Shown here: positions 1 through 6,667 of the stretch, one piece after another | Layout of the letters: each line of letters starts with the position of its first letter | Numbering within the stretch: the first letter of the stretch is position 1 | Origin: Spirochaetia bacterium | GTDB taxonomy: Bacteria; Spirochaetota; Spirochaetia; DSM-2461 | NCBI GenBank assembly: GCA_963668315.1 | Contig: OY764216.1 | Coordinates: forward strand, 2,389,013-2,421,012 | Length of the DNA: 32,000 bases | Reading direction: 5' to 3' | The notes under the pieces: model-generated | Seen by the model: the letters and a program-made list of their open reading frames with translations, nothing else | Databases searched by the model: none | What the model was told of the DNA's origin: nothing | Position numbers and translations under genes: made by a program

Positions 1-225
1 ATTTACCCTGTAGCTGAAGCGAGTATTCTTTACCGCATTCTGCAAGGCTTGTTCCAACTCTTTCAAGTTCAGCTCTGGAGAAAGTTCATTTTTATTGCCC
101 GTGTTATCCTTAACGATAGGCTTAGGCATTTGCGGAGTCGGTTTCACCTTTACAGGTTCTTCTCCCGCCGTAGCGTTGGCATTAATCGAGCCTACACCGT
201 TGACAATAGTCGTAGCATAGCTCAT
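1..225 (-). CDS. FlaG-like flagellar protein, 5' part only (CDS continues past the left edge)
   Basis: Absent from the ORF track because no stop lies in the window. ATG at 225-223 is preceded by AAGGAGG (rc of 231-237) with a 5-nt spacer. The frame is open to base 1: MSYATTIVNGVGSINANATAGEEPVKVKPTPQMPKPIVKDNTGNKNELSPELNLKELEQALQNAVKNTRFSYRVN. A low-complexity N-terminus followed by LKELEQALQN...RFSY resembles the FlaG family. The gene lies directly downstream of the flagellin genes. Confidence 0.45.
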   Translation of the reverse strand, partial: MSYATTIVNGVGSINANATAGEEPVKVKPTPQMPKPIVKDNTGNKNELSPELNLKELEQALQNAVKNTRFSYRVN

Positions 226-296
226 AGAGACCTCCTTGTTCTCTAATCAGTGAGATTAAGAGGGGAGGACGCGAACCCCCCTCGGAATCTCCCGCT

Positions 297-338
297 AAAA
301 AGATGACGTCCAGATATCTCTTTGGCGGGCAGCGTCAT
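297..338 (-). terminator. Possible intrinsic terminator after the downstream flaB gene
   Basis: The minus-strand RNA reads AUGACG (rc 333-338), then an interrupted stem, then CGUCAU (rc 303-308), then CUUUUU (rc 297-302). The apical loop is large, so the call is weak. Confidence 0.3.
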
Positions 339-359
339 GCTGCTGAAGTCTTGTTTTCT

Positions 360-1217
360 TTAGGCCAGTAGCTGCAATACGTTCTGTGAACGAACATTGG
401 CTTGCGCCAGCATTGCCATGCCTGCCTGGTTGAGAACCGAGTCCTTGGTGTACTCCACCATTTCAGAAGCCATATTGGCATCTCTGATTCCCGATTCCGC
501 TGCCTGAAGGTTTTCTGCTGCAATTGCAACACCCTTGGAAGCCATTTCAAAACGATTCTGATAAGCTCCCAGGTCAGCCCTCTGGCGGTTAACCATCCGC
601 AACGCATTGTCAACTATACCGATTGTCATATTTGCCCCCTCTACTGAGGAAAGCGAAATACTTCCGTTATCGGTACCCTGTCCGTTCTGAAGACCTAACG
701 CAGTGGCGGTCATAGTGCCTATAAAGATCTGTTCGCTCTGATCCATATTGGCTCCCACCTGAATCTGCATGATATCCCCTGTAGCAGAGGATGCTGCAAA
801 TCTACCGGTCAGCATATTCATTCCGTTAAACTGAGCGTGGGAAGCAATCCGATTTACCTCGTCAACCAATTGTGAAACTTCTACCTGAATCTGCATTCTG
901 TCTTCCGAAGTATAAATACCGTTCGCCGACTGTACCGAAAGTTCTCTGATTCTGCCCAGAATGTCCGATGTTTCCTGCAGGTATCCTTCGGATGCCTGAA
1001 TAAAAGAAACGCCGTTACCGATGTTCCTAACCGCCTGGTTAAGACCACCGATCTGTGCCCTCATCTTTTCCGATACGGCCAGTCCGGAAGCGTCATCGCC
1101 AGCCTTATTGATTCTAAGACCGGATGAAAGCTTCTCCATTGAAGTGCTAAGGTTAAGGTCGGTTACACCAAGATTCCTGTCCGCATTAAGAGCGCTCATG
1201 TTGTGATTAATTACCAT
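360..1217 (-). CDS. flaB: Flagellin, spirochaete FlaB-type core filament protein (285 aa)
   Basis: Product starts [18 protein letters not shown]. It has the conserved flagellin N-domain ([27 protein letters not shown]) and C-domain ([12 protein letters not shown]...[11 protein letters not shown]...LAQAN). Start moved from track ATG 1274 to ATG 1217: AAGGAGGG (rc 1224-1231) lies 6 nt upstream, and the paralog begins at the equivalent residue. Confidence 0.95.
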   Translation of the reverse strand: MVINHNMSALNADRNLGVTDLNLSTSMEKLSSGLRINKAGDDASGLAVSEKMRAQIGGLNQAVRNIGNGVSFIQASEGYLQETSDILGRIRELSVQSANGIYTSEDRMQIQVEVSQLVDEVNRIASHAQFNGMNMLTGRFAASSATGDIMQIQVGANMDQSEQIFIGTMTATALGLQNGQGTDNGSISLSSVEGANMTIGIVDNALRMVNRQRADLGAYQNRFEMASKGVAIAAENLQAAESGIRDANMASEMVEYTKDSVLNQAGMAMLAQANVRSQNVLQLLA

Positions 1218-1241
1218 GGATTTCCCTCCTTGAAAGTTACT

Positions 1242-1255
1242 GGGCATCCTTGCCC
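1242..1255 (-). promoter_or_regulatory. 5'-UTR hairpin GGGCA-AGGA-UGCCC, predicted CsrA binding site
   Basis: The minus-strand RNA GGGCAAGGAUGCCC forms a 5-bp stem with a GGA-containing tetraloop. CAAGGAUG matches the CARGGAUG core of the CsrA SELEX consensus. An identical 14-mer sits in the other flaB leader at 2325-2338. A second GGA lies in the SD. Confidence 0.5.
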
Positions 1256-1290
1256 AATTCCTTGTATACCGCAAAGAACCTACGAATGGG

Positions 1291-1318
1291 ATATCGCGCC
1301 ACCCATCCCCAAATTCTA
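1291..1318 (-). promoter_or_regulatory. Sigma28 (FliA)-like promoter candidate for flaB
   Basis: The minus strand reads TAGAATTT (rc 1311-1318), a 12-nt G-rich spacer, then CGCGATAT (rc 1291-1298). The enteric consensus is TAAAGTTT-N11-GCCGATAA, so the CGATAT core is present but the spacing is 1 nt long. Confidence 0.35.
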
Positions 1319-1327
1319 GCTCAACAA

Positions 1328-1365
1328 GGAGATTTCTCCCTGATAATTATCCGGGAAAAATCTCC
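1328..1365 (-). terminator. Strong hairpin between the two flaB genes (probable leaky terminator)
   Basis: The minus strand reads GGAGAUUUUUCCC, a 12-nt loop, then GGGAGAAAUCUCC. This is a 13-bp stem with one G-U pair. It is followed by UUGUUGA, so the U-tract is poor. Confidence 0.45.
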
Positions 1366-1431
1366 TCACCCTGCGTATACATAAGGAGGAAATCTGTCAA
1401 AGAACAAAACTCCTATGGTAATTATACAATA

Positions 1432-2292
1432 CTACTGGAGCAGTTGCAAGACATTTTGTCCACGGGTATTAGCCTGTGCCAGCATGGAGTTGCTTGCCTG
1501 TGTCAGGATGTTATCCTTGGCAAACTCTACACTGACCTTAGCCATATCCGCATCACGGATTCTGGACTCGGAAGCCTGCAGGTTTTCAGCGGCGATGTCG
1601 ATACCTTTGGTCGCCATTTCCAGTCTGTTCTGGTAGGCACCCAGGTCGGCGCGCTGCTTGTTGACCTGTTTCAGGGCGGCGTCGAGAACACCGATGTTCC
1701 TGTTGGCCTGTTCAGGAGTGGAGAGGCTCATGATGTTGCCTGTTCCTACCTGTCTGATACCAAGGGAAGACGCTGTCATGGTACCGATAAATACCTGTTC
1801 TCTCTGGTCCATGTTGGCACCGATGTGGAGCCACATAGAGGAAGTAACAGTGTTGTTACCAGTGTCCTTGGCAAAACGTCCGGTCAGCATGTTCATGCCG
1901 TTGAACTGAGCGTGGGAAGCGATTCTGTCAACTTCGTCTACCAGCTGGGAAACCTCAACCTGGATCTGCATTCTGTCTTCTGATGTATAGATACCATTGG
2001 AAGACTGAACGGCCAGTTCGCGGATTCTCAACAGAACGTCGGAAGTTTCCTGAAGGTAGCCTTCGGAAGTCTGGATGAAGCTGATTCCATCGCCGGCATT
2101 CCTGGATGCCTGGTTCAAACCCTGGATCTGAGCCCGCATTTTTTCGGAGATAGCCAAACCGGCTGCATCGTCCCCGGCTCTGTTGATTCTGAGTCCCGAG
2201 GAGAGTTTCTCCATGTCCTTGGCTACGTTCGTATTGTTTACGCCGAGCTGTCTATCTGCATTCAGTGCAGACATGTTGTGATTGATGATCAT
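1432..2292 (-). CDS. flaB: Flagellin, spirochaete FlaB-type core filament protein (286 aa)
   Basis: Product is [18 protein letters not shown]...[27 protein letters not shown]...[12 protein letters not shown]...RIRDADMA...LAQAN. It is a tandem paralog of 360-1217. SD GGAGGA (rc 2300-2305) lies upstream of ATG 2292. Confidence 0.95.
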   Translation of the reverse strand: MIINHNMSALNADRQLGVNNTNVAKDMEKLSSGLRINRAGDDAAGLAISEKMRAQIQGLNQASRNAGDGISFIQTSEGYLQETSDVLLRIRELAVQSSNGIYTSEDRMQIQVEVSQLVDEVDRIASHAQFNGMNMLTGRFAKDTGNNTVTSSMWLHIGANMDQREQVFIGTMTASSLGIRQVGTGNIMSLSTPEQANRNIGVLDAALKQVNKQRADLGAYQNRLEMATKGIDIAAENLQASESRIRDADMAKVSVEFAKDNILTQASNSMLAQANTRGQNVLQLLQ

Positions 2293-2324
2293 TCTTCATT
2301 CCTCCATGAATAAAGTATTAAATA

Positions 2325-2338
2325 GGGCATCCTTGCCC
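2325..2338 (-). promoter_or_regulatory. 5'-UTR hairpin GGGCA-AGGA-UGCCC, predicted CsrA binding site
   Basis: Same 14-mer as 1242-1255. It lies in an otherwise diverged leader, about 20 nt upstream of the SD. Confidence 0.5.
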
Positions 2339-2394
2339 GATCGGGAGGGCCTCGGCATTTCTGAAAAATACTTTAGACCTTTCCCGTACTTTTT

Positions 2395-2423
2395 TTATCG
2401 ACACCCCCCCTGAATAAACTTGA
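2395..2423 (-). promoter_or_regulatory. Sigma28 (FliA)-like promoter candidate for flaB
   Basis: The minus strand reads TCAAGTTT (rc 2416-2423), a 13-nt G-rich spacer, then GTCGATAA (rc 2395-2402). The spacer is 2 nt longer than the enteric consensus. Confidence 0.35.
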
Positions 2424-2487
2424 AAAAAATTTTCACTTTTTCTTAAAGATTTTTAAAAATTGCCGAATATAAAATGGGGCAGTCGAC

Positions 2488-2515
2488 AAAAAGGGCTTAA
2501 AACGGTGTTTTTAAG
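2488..2515 (-). terminator. Weak AT-rich terminator after the TPR gene
   Basis: The minus strand reads CUUAAAA, loop acaccg, UUUUAAG (7-bp stem, 2496-2515), then CCCUUUUU (rc 2488-2495). Confidence 0.3.
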
Positions 2516-2657
2516 GGATAACAGAGGGTTTTTTGAGAAATACCGAAAGTCACTTATGAACGGGAAAAGAAGAGAATTGTTGTCGCTTAAGCCTGATTAT
2601 AAAGTTTTTCAGTCAAATCTGAGGCGGGTTCACTGTGTTTTGGAAGGATAGCCGGCA

Positions 2658-3500
2658 TTAATCGAGATAATTGAGAAGAGGATCCTCGGGATCTATTTCC
2701 CTTAGCCGATTCAAGGCATCCTCGGCGCGGCTCAAATCATTCATCTTCAGGTAAACCATGGCCTTGTTGGAGAGAAGGGTGGTGTTTTCCTCTTCCATCT
2801 CAAGACCTTCATCGAGGTAGGCGAGAGCCTGATCCCATTCACCTCTTTCCGATTCGCAGAGAGCCATTTCATTCAGCAGTTCCACTGTGGGGGGAGCGGA
2901 CTCTTTCGATTTTGTAAAAGCGGATAAAGCCTCGTCCCATTTCTCATTCTGCCGCAGAGCCCAGCCCAGAAGAAACCATCCGTTGGACGAGTCTTCGTGG
3001 CTTTCGAGAAAAGAACGGATCTGAGCGATACCTTCGTCCCAGTTTTTTTTCCGGATATTCTCAAGAGCCCTCGTATAGGTCTCGTTGCCCTTCAGACGAT
3101 GATCCTCCCGGGTCCGGTAGAAAAGAGTCAGATTGGATCGGTGGGTTTTTTCTTCCGGCTCTAAGGCGCACAGGGTAAGAAAAAGCTCTTCTGCAAAGGA
3201 AAACTGCTCCTGATCAACCTTAAGACGGGCGGCTGTCAGAACGGTACTTACAATATCGGGGCGAACCGCTTTAACAAGTCTTCGGTAGTAATCGGCTTCA
3301 CGCCCTTCCGGCTCTTTTGCCAGCACGTATAACATACCGCTTATCAGGGCCGGCCATTCAAGGCGGCTGATGTCCCAGCTGTCCTTTTCATCCTCAGGTA
3401 CTTCTACGGGCAGAGGAATGGATGTATCGAGGGGAAAACCTTCTATCTGGCTCGAAAGACGGTCGGGAAGGGAAATGTAAAGGATTTTTTTCTTCGTCAT
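2658..3500 (-). CDS. Tetratricopeptide-repeat (TPR) protein, 280 aa
   Basis: The C-terminal half shows repeated TPR-like W/L-x2-G/A-x-A-Y/F patterns (NGWFLLGWALRQNEKWDEALSAFTKS, ERGEWDQALAYLDEGL, NKAMVYLKMNDLSRAEDALNRL). Its ATG overlaps the upstream stop (ATGA at 3497-3500). Confidence 0.7.
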   Translation of the reverse strand: MTKKKILYISLPDRLSSQIEGFPLDTSIPLPVEVPEDEKDSWDISRLEWPALISGMLYVLAKEPEGREADYYRRLVKAVRPDIVSTVLTAARLKVDQEQFSFAEELFLTLCALEPEEKTHRSNLTLFYRTREDHRLKGNETYTRALENIRKKNWDEGIAQIRSFLESHEDSSNGWFLLGWALRQNEKWDEALSAFTKSKESAPPTVELLNEMALCESERGEWDQALAYLDEGLEMEEENTTLLSNKAMVYLKMNDLSRAEDALNRLREIDPEDPLLNYLD

Positions 3501-4315
3501 TCTTCGTGTGTCTTTGGCTGTTTCACCGAATGAAAGTAACTGTTCAAAGCCAGAGTATACTGCATGGGAATGCCTTTTTCATCATAAACGAGGGCTATGG
3601 CGCAAAGGTCCTTGCGTCCCTCTACCGTTTCGAAACGCTTGATAACCCCGGACAGCTGGAGGAGGGAACCGTCTTTCATATTAATACCCATGGAAAAGGT
3701 TTTATTAATAAGAAATTTGGCGTTACCCAGGATAATTGCCTTCATTCCTCCGAAGGAAACATCCCTGATGATGGCATTCCTGGGAATATTGTCTATCACG
3801 AGGGCGGCATTCTTACTGGCAAACCCGAGTTTTCTCAATGTATCCGGTGTCAGAATGACCCTCTCTTCCCTGCGCTTTTTGGCTACGATCGTCGCTTCCA
3901 GCATGGTGCCGAGTATCTGAATCAGATCATCCGGCGGCCTCTGGGAATATTCACAGTTGAGAAGGTAAAGTCCTGTCTCCTTTTTAAAAAGGCTCATGGA
4001 GGTAATTTTGGATTGAATAAAAAAGGAGATGTAATCGGAAGGCCGGTCAATGTCCTTAAAACAGAACCGAACGGAAATCTGGTTGTTCTGTTCCTTGATT
4101 AACCCCATGGTGGCGGCATCGAGAGTGATCAGAATCTTGGCCGATTTCATGGAGGAGGAATAGATCACGCATGCCTGTTGGCCGCCGGAAAATTTAATGT
4201 ATACCTGTTTGGGTATCAGCCCCAGGCTTAATATGATGTCTTTGGTGAAGGTAACGTCCTGGTCGGCATAATCCTTATAGTAATTATTGAGTTGCTGAGC
4301 CGTAATTAACGCCAT
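3497..4315 (-). CDS. PilZ-domain c-di-GMP receptor, PlzA-like two-domain architecture (272 aa)
   Basis: RxxxR motif (RREER) is followed 32 residues later by DxSxxG (DVSFGG), the c-di-GMP binding signature of PilZ domains. The N-terminal half looks like a degenerate PilZ-like barrel. The size matches spirochaete PlzA-type proteins. SD AAGAGG (rc 4321-4326) precedes the ATG. Confidence 0.7.
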   Translation of the reverse strand: MALITAQQLNNYYKDYADQDVTFTKDIILSLGLIPKQVYIKFSGGQQACVIYSSSMKSAKILITLDAATMGLIKEQNNQISVRFCFKDIDRPSDYISFFIQSKITSMSLFKKETGLYLLNCEYSQRPPDDLIQILGTMLEATIVAKKRREERVILTPDTLRKLGFASKNAALVIDNIPRNAIIRDVSFGGMKAIILGNAKFLINKTFSMGINMKDGSLLQLSGVIKRFETVEGRKDLCAIALVYDEKGIPMQYTLALNSYFHSVKQPKTHEE

Positions 4316-4328
4316 TATTACCTCTTAT

Positions 4329-4500
4329 AAAAACCCGCGATGCCGTCCAGGGAAAGGTGGCTCTTGAACACCAATGGTTCAAGGGGGAGTCCGTTCCTAA
4401 GCTTCCTGTTTTTCCACAAGGGATAGCAATTCTAGCAAAGGCATATAGGAGTCCCGTTTTTTATTCTTAGTCGCAAGAGACAATTTCCTCATCGCGAACA
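4329..4500 (-). ncRNA. Candidate 6S-like RNA (rod with large central bubble)
   Basis: The 196-nt gap after zapA has no ORF. Collinear helices are 4490-4496/4336-4342 (7 bp), 4484-4488/4351-4355 (5 bp) and 4474-4479/4361-4366 (6 bp). An 18 x 18 nt internal loop follows (4456-4473 and 4367-4384). The inner helix 4448-4455/4385-4392 pairs at 7 of 8 positions, and an apical hairpin lies at 4405-4421. The closing stem is followed by GG-UUUUU (rc 4329-4335). In E. coli, ssrS lies immediately downstream of zapA. Confidence 0.45.
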
Positions 4501-4511
4501 CCGCAGGTCAA

Positions 4512-4823
4512 TTATTCTTTTTCTTCAAGAACCCGGTCAATAAGCTCAATCATATTCTGAGCTGCATCACCGAATTCATCTTCCATTGTACTACATGAAT
4601 AGTGTTCATGTCCACGGTTCATTTCCGATTTGAATAACTCGTCTACAATGTTAAAACTGGTAAGTATGGATAGTTTCAAAGGATCCTGCAGGGGAGATCT
4701 CTCCTGGGTTTCCTTGAGTTTTTTCTGGTAATAGGAGACAACCTTTTTAATATAATCGTGATTGTTGCCGGCCTTTATGGACAAGGCCGTTCCGAGTATT
4801 TTTATCTGGAGGATGTCATCCAT
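4512..4823 (-). CDS. zapA: Cell division protein ZapA (103 aa)
   Basis: MDDILQIKILGTALSIKAGNNHDYIKKVVSYYQKKLKE...LKLSILTSFNIVDELFK fits the ZapA pattern: a beta-strand segment (I-x-I-x-G-x-x-x-x-I) followed by a helical tail. Its small size and its position next to a ZapB-like coiled-coil gene also fit. Confidence 0.7.
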   Translation of the reverse strand: MDDILQIKILGTALSIKAGNNHDYIKKVVSYYQKKLKETQERSPLQDPLKLSILTSFNIVDELFKSEMNRGHEHYSCSTMEDEFGDAAQNMIELIDRVLEEKE

Positions 4824-4829
4824 GAATAA

Positions 4830-5429
4830 TCAGAAGATATCCAGGTCCTGGGGAGACCTGGAATCTTCATTTTCTTCCTGCTGTTCCGAATGATTGACTT
4901 GACTCTCTTCCTCATCGGAAACAAGGGGTATTCCCTCGTCAATATCGGGTTCTTCACTGGCAGGCTGATCAGCCGTTTCTTCAGCAGCGGCTTCGAACTG
5001 CATCTCATCGGCAGCAAAAGTCTCTTCCAGAGCAGGTTCGTCATCTTCCGCTTCTTCCTCATCCATAAAAATGGTTTCGTCAGATTCGTCGTCCTCTTCT
5101 TCCTCTTCCGGAATTTCCTCTTCGATTAAAACGTCCTCTTCACCGGTATGGGGCTCGAGAATGATCTCTTCCTGTTCCTGCTGGACCGGAGCGGATGTAT
5201 CTTCCTCATCAACCTGTTCTAACCGTGAAAGTACGTCAATGAAACCCTCTTCAATTTTATCACTGTCGGACTGATAGGAGGAAAGCTCACCTTCAAGTCT
5301 GGCAATTGTCTCTTCGTAAGAAGCCACTTGCGCTTTGAGGGTATTCTTTTCTTCCCTGAGACGATTGATAAGTTCAATAGCGTCTTTTATTTTTTTGTCC
5401 AAAACCTGAATCTGTTCAAGGGTAATCAT
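4830..5429 (-). CDS. ZapB-like coiled-coil protein with a long acidic C-terminal tail (199 aa)
   Basis: The N-terminal 60 aa form heptad-like coiled coil (MITLEQIQVLDKKIKDAIELINRLREEKNTLKAQVASYEETIARLEGEL), similar to ZapB/DUF904. The remainder is very rich in E and D. The 4802-5062 track ORF is an overlapping out-of-frame artefact. Confidence 0.5.
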   Translation of the reverse strand: MITLEQIQVLDKKIKDAIELINRLREEKNTLKAQVASYEETIARLEGELSSYQSDSDKIEEGFIDVLSRLEQVDEEDTSAPVQQEQEEIILEPHTGEEDVLIEEEIPEEEEEDDESDETIFMDEEEAEDDEPALEETFAADEMQFEAAAEETADQPASEEPDIDEGIPLVSDEEESQVNHSEQQEENEDSRSPQDLDIF

Positions 5430-5469
5430 TTACTACCAAATCTCCTTTCGGCCGCGAAGGACCGAAAAA

Positions 5470-5826
5470 TTATTTAAGAGCTGCCTTGGACTGTTCTACA
5501 ACAGCCTTGAAGGCTTTGGGATCTTCAAGAGCCATGGAAGCGAGTGCTTTTCTATTGATCTCGATTCCGGCTTTTGTTAATCCGTTGATAAACTGAGAAT
5601 AGGTCATTTCCTGTTCTCTGACTGCGGCAGAAATACGAGCGATCCAGAGCTGTCTGAATTCTCTCTTCTTTACCTTTCTGTCACGATAGGCGTACTGTCC
5701 CGCCTTCTTAACGGCATCTTTTGCCGTTCTGTGAAGCTTACTTCGTCGTCCCCAGTAACCTTTAGCCTCTTTCAGAACTTTTTTACGACGATTCTTTCGT
5801 CTTGTTCCGTCTACTGCTCTTGGCAT
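5470..5826 (-). CDS. rplT: 50S ribosomal protein L20
   Basis: [65 protein letters not shown] is a canonical L20 sequence. Confidence 0.97.
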   Translation of the reverse strand: MPRAVDGTRRKNRRKKVLKEAKGYWGRRSKLHRTAKDAVKKAGQYAYRDRKVKKREFRQLWIARISAAVREQEMTYSQFINGLTKAGIEINRKALASMALEDPKAFKAVVEQSKAALK

Positions 5827-5838
5827 TTGCTACCTTCC

Positions 5839-6036
5839 TTATGCGTAGGGTAAAAGTTTGTTAAGTCTAGGTACTTCAGTTTCACTGATAACACCGGGGT
5901 GTCTTAACGTTCTTTTTCTTTTGGCCGACTTTTTGGTCAAAATATGACGGGTTCCCTGGGCTTTGTACTTAAACTTTCCCGAACCTGTCTTTTTGAACCT
6001 TTTAGCCGCAGCCTTTTTAGATTTCATCTTAGGCAT
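5839..6036 (-). CDS. rpmI: 50S ribosomal protein L35
   Basis: [42 protein letters not shown] is a canonical L35 sequence. The gene sits in the infC-rpmI-rplT order. Confidence 0.95.
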   Translation of the reverse strand: MPKMKSKKAAAKRFKKTGSGKFKYKAQGTRHILTKKSAKRKRTLRHPGVISETEVPRLNKLLPYA

Positions 6037-6051
6037 GTTAATACATCCTTT

Positions 6052-6570
6052 TTATTTTTTTCGGGGGCTTAACAGCATGGACATCATACGGCCCTCCATC
6101 TGGGGCTTGTTGTCCACGTTGAAAGATCCCTCTTCCAGCCTTTCTAAAAGGTTGTCAAGAACAACCTTGCCTAACTCGGTGTGAGCCAGCTCCCTGCCTC
6201 GGAAACGGATCGTCACCTTGCATTTATTGCCGTCGTTCAGGAACTCCTGAACGTGCTTGGATTTAAAGTCCAGATCGTGCTTGTCGATCTTGGGCTGCAT
6301 CCTTACTTCCTTGAGCTTCGTGAGGCTCTGCTTCTTCTTTGCCTCCCTCAGCTTCTTTTCCTGCTCGTATTTGTACTTGCCATAATTCAGGAGTTTGCAA
6401 ACCGGCGGTCTGGAAGTAGGAGCTACCTCCACAAGATCAAGATCGGCTTCCTTGGCCATGGCCAGTGCTTCCGAAGTCTGAACGATACCTCTCTGTTCTC
6501 CTTCTCCGTCGATCAGGCGAACTTCCCTTACTCGGATTTGCTCATTAATCCTCAAATCTTTAGCAGCCAA
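6052..6570 (-). CDS. infC: Translation initiation factor IF-3 (TTG start)
   Basis: [23 protein letters not shown]...[15 protein letters not shown]...[19 protein letters not shown]...[17 protein letters not shown] is a canonical IF-3 sequence. The start codon is TTG (rc 6568-6570), 4 nt after AAGGAG (rc 6575-6580). No in-frame ATG is available. Confidence 0.95.
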   Translation of the reverse strand: MAAKDLRINEQIRVREVRLIDGEGEQRGIVQTSEALAMAKEADLDLVEVAPTSRPPVCKLLNYGKYKYEQEKKLREAKKKQSLTKLKEVRMQPKIDKHDLDFKSKHVQEFLNDGNKCKVTIRFRGRELAHTELGKVVLDNLLERLEEGSFNVDNKPQMEGRMMSMLLSPRKK

Positions 6571-6587
6571 ATTTACTCCTTTTTACT

Positions 6588-6623
6588 AAACAGAAAACGG
6601 AACAGCTCTCTCTCATCTGTCCG
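6588..6623 (-). promoter_or_regulatory. Terminator-like hairpin inside the infC leader (possible L20-responsive attenuator)
   Basis: The minus strand reads CGGACAG, an 11-nt loop, CUGUUCCG (6598-6623), then UUUUCUGUUU (rc 6588-6597). It lies between the candidate promoter and the infC SD. Confidence 0.4.
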
Positions 6624-6632
6624 CAGGTTGAA

Positions 6633-6662
6633 AATATAACAGAAAAGAAGGTCTCATGTCCA
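6633..6662 (-). promoter_or_regulatory. Sigma70-type promoter candidate for infC-rpmI-rplT
   Basis: The minus strand reads TGGACA (rc 6657-6662), an 18-nt spacer, then TATATT (rc 6633-6638). It starts 6 nt after the helicase stop codon. Confidence 0.4.
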
Positions 6663-6667
6663 TAAGC

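Noticed and set aside
49-246. 65-aa plus-strand ORF at the left edge.
   Set aside because: It is antisense to the FlaG-like CDS, which has a strong SD and a sensible sequence. The ORF itself has no SD and its product is basic and low-complexity.
360-1274. N-terminal extensions proposed by the ORF track. This applies here and also at 8524 (helicase), 9515 (lipoprotein), 13401 (metG), 18370 (GH-A hydrolase) and 22707 (binding protein).
   Set aside because: In each case an internal start has a proper SD and yields the canonical family N-terminus or signal peptide. The upstream extension lacks an SD and adds unrelated residues.
2460-2651. 63-aa ORF (TTG start) in the flaB-TPR spacer.
   Set aside because: It has no SD and a lysine/arginine-rich composition typical of an AT-rich non-coding read-through. 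The region is better explained as terminator plus promoter or leader DNA. Only the sigma28-like motif at its 5' end is kept, as a low-interest finding.
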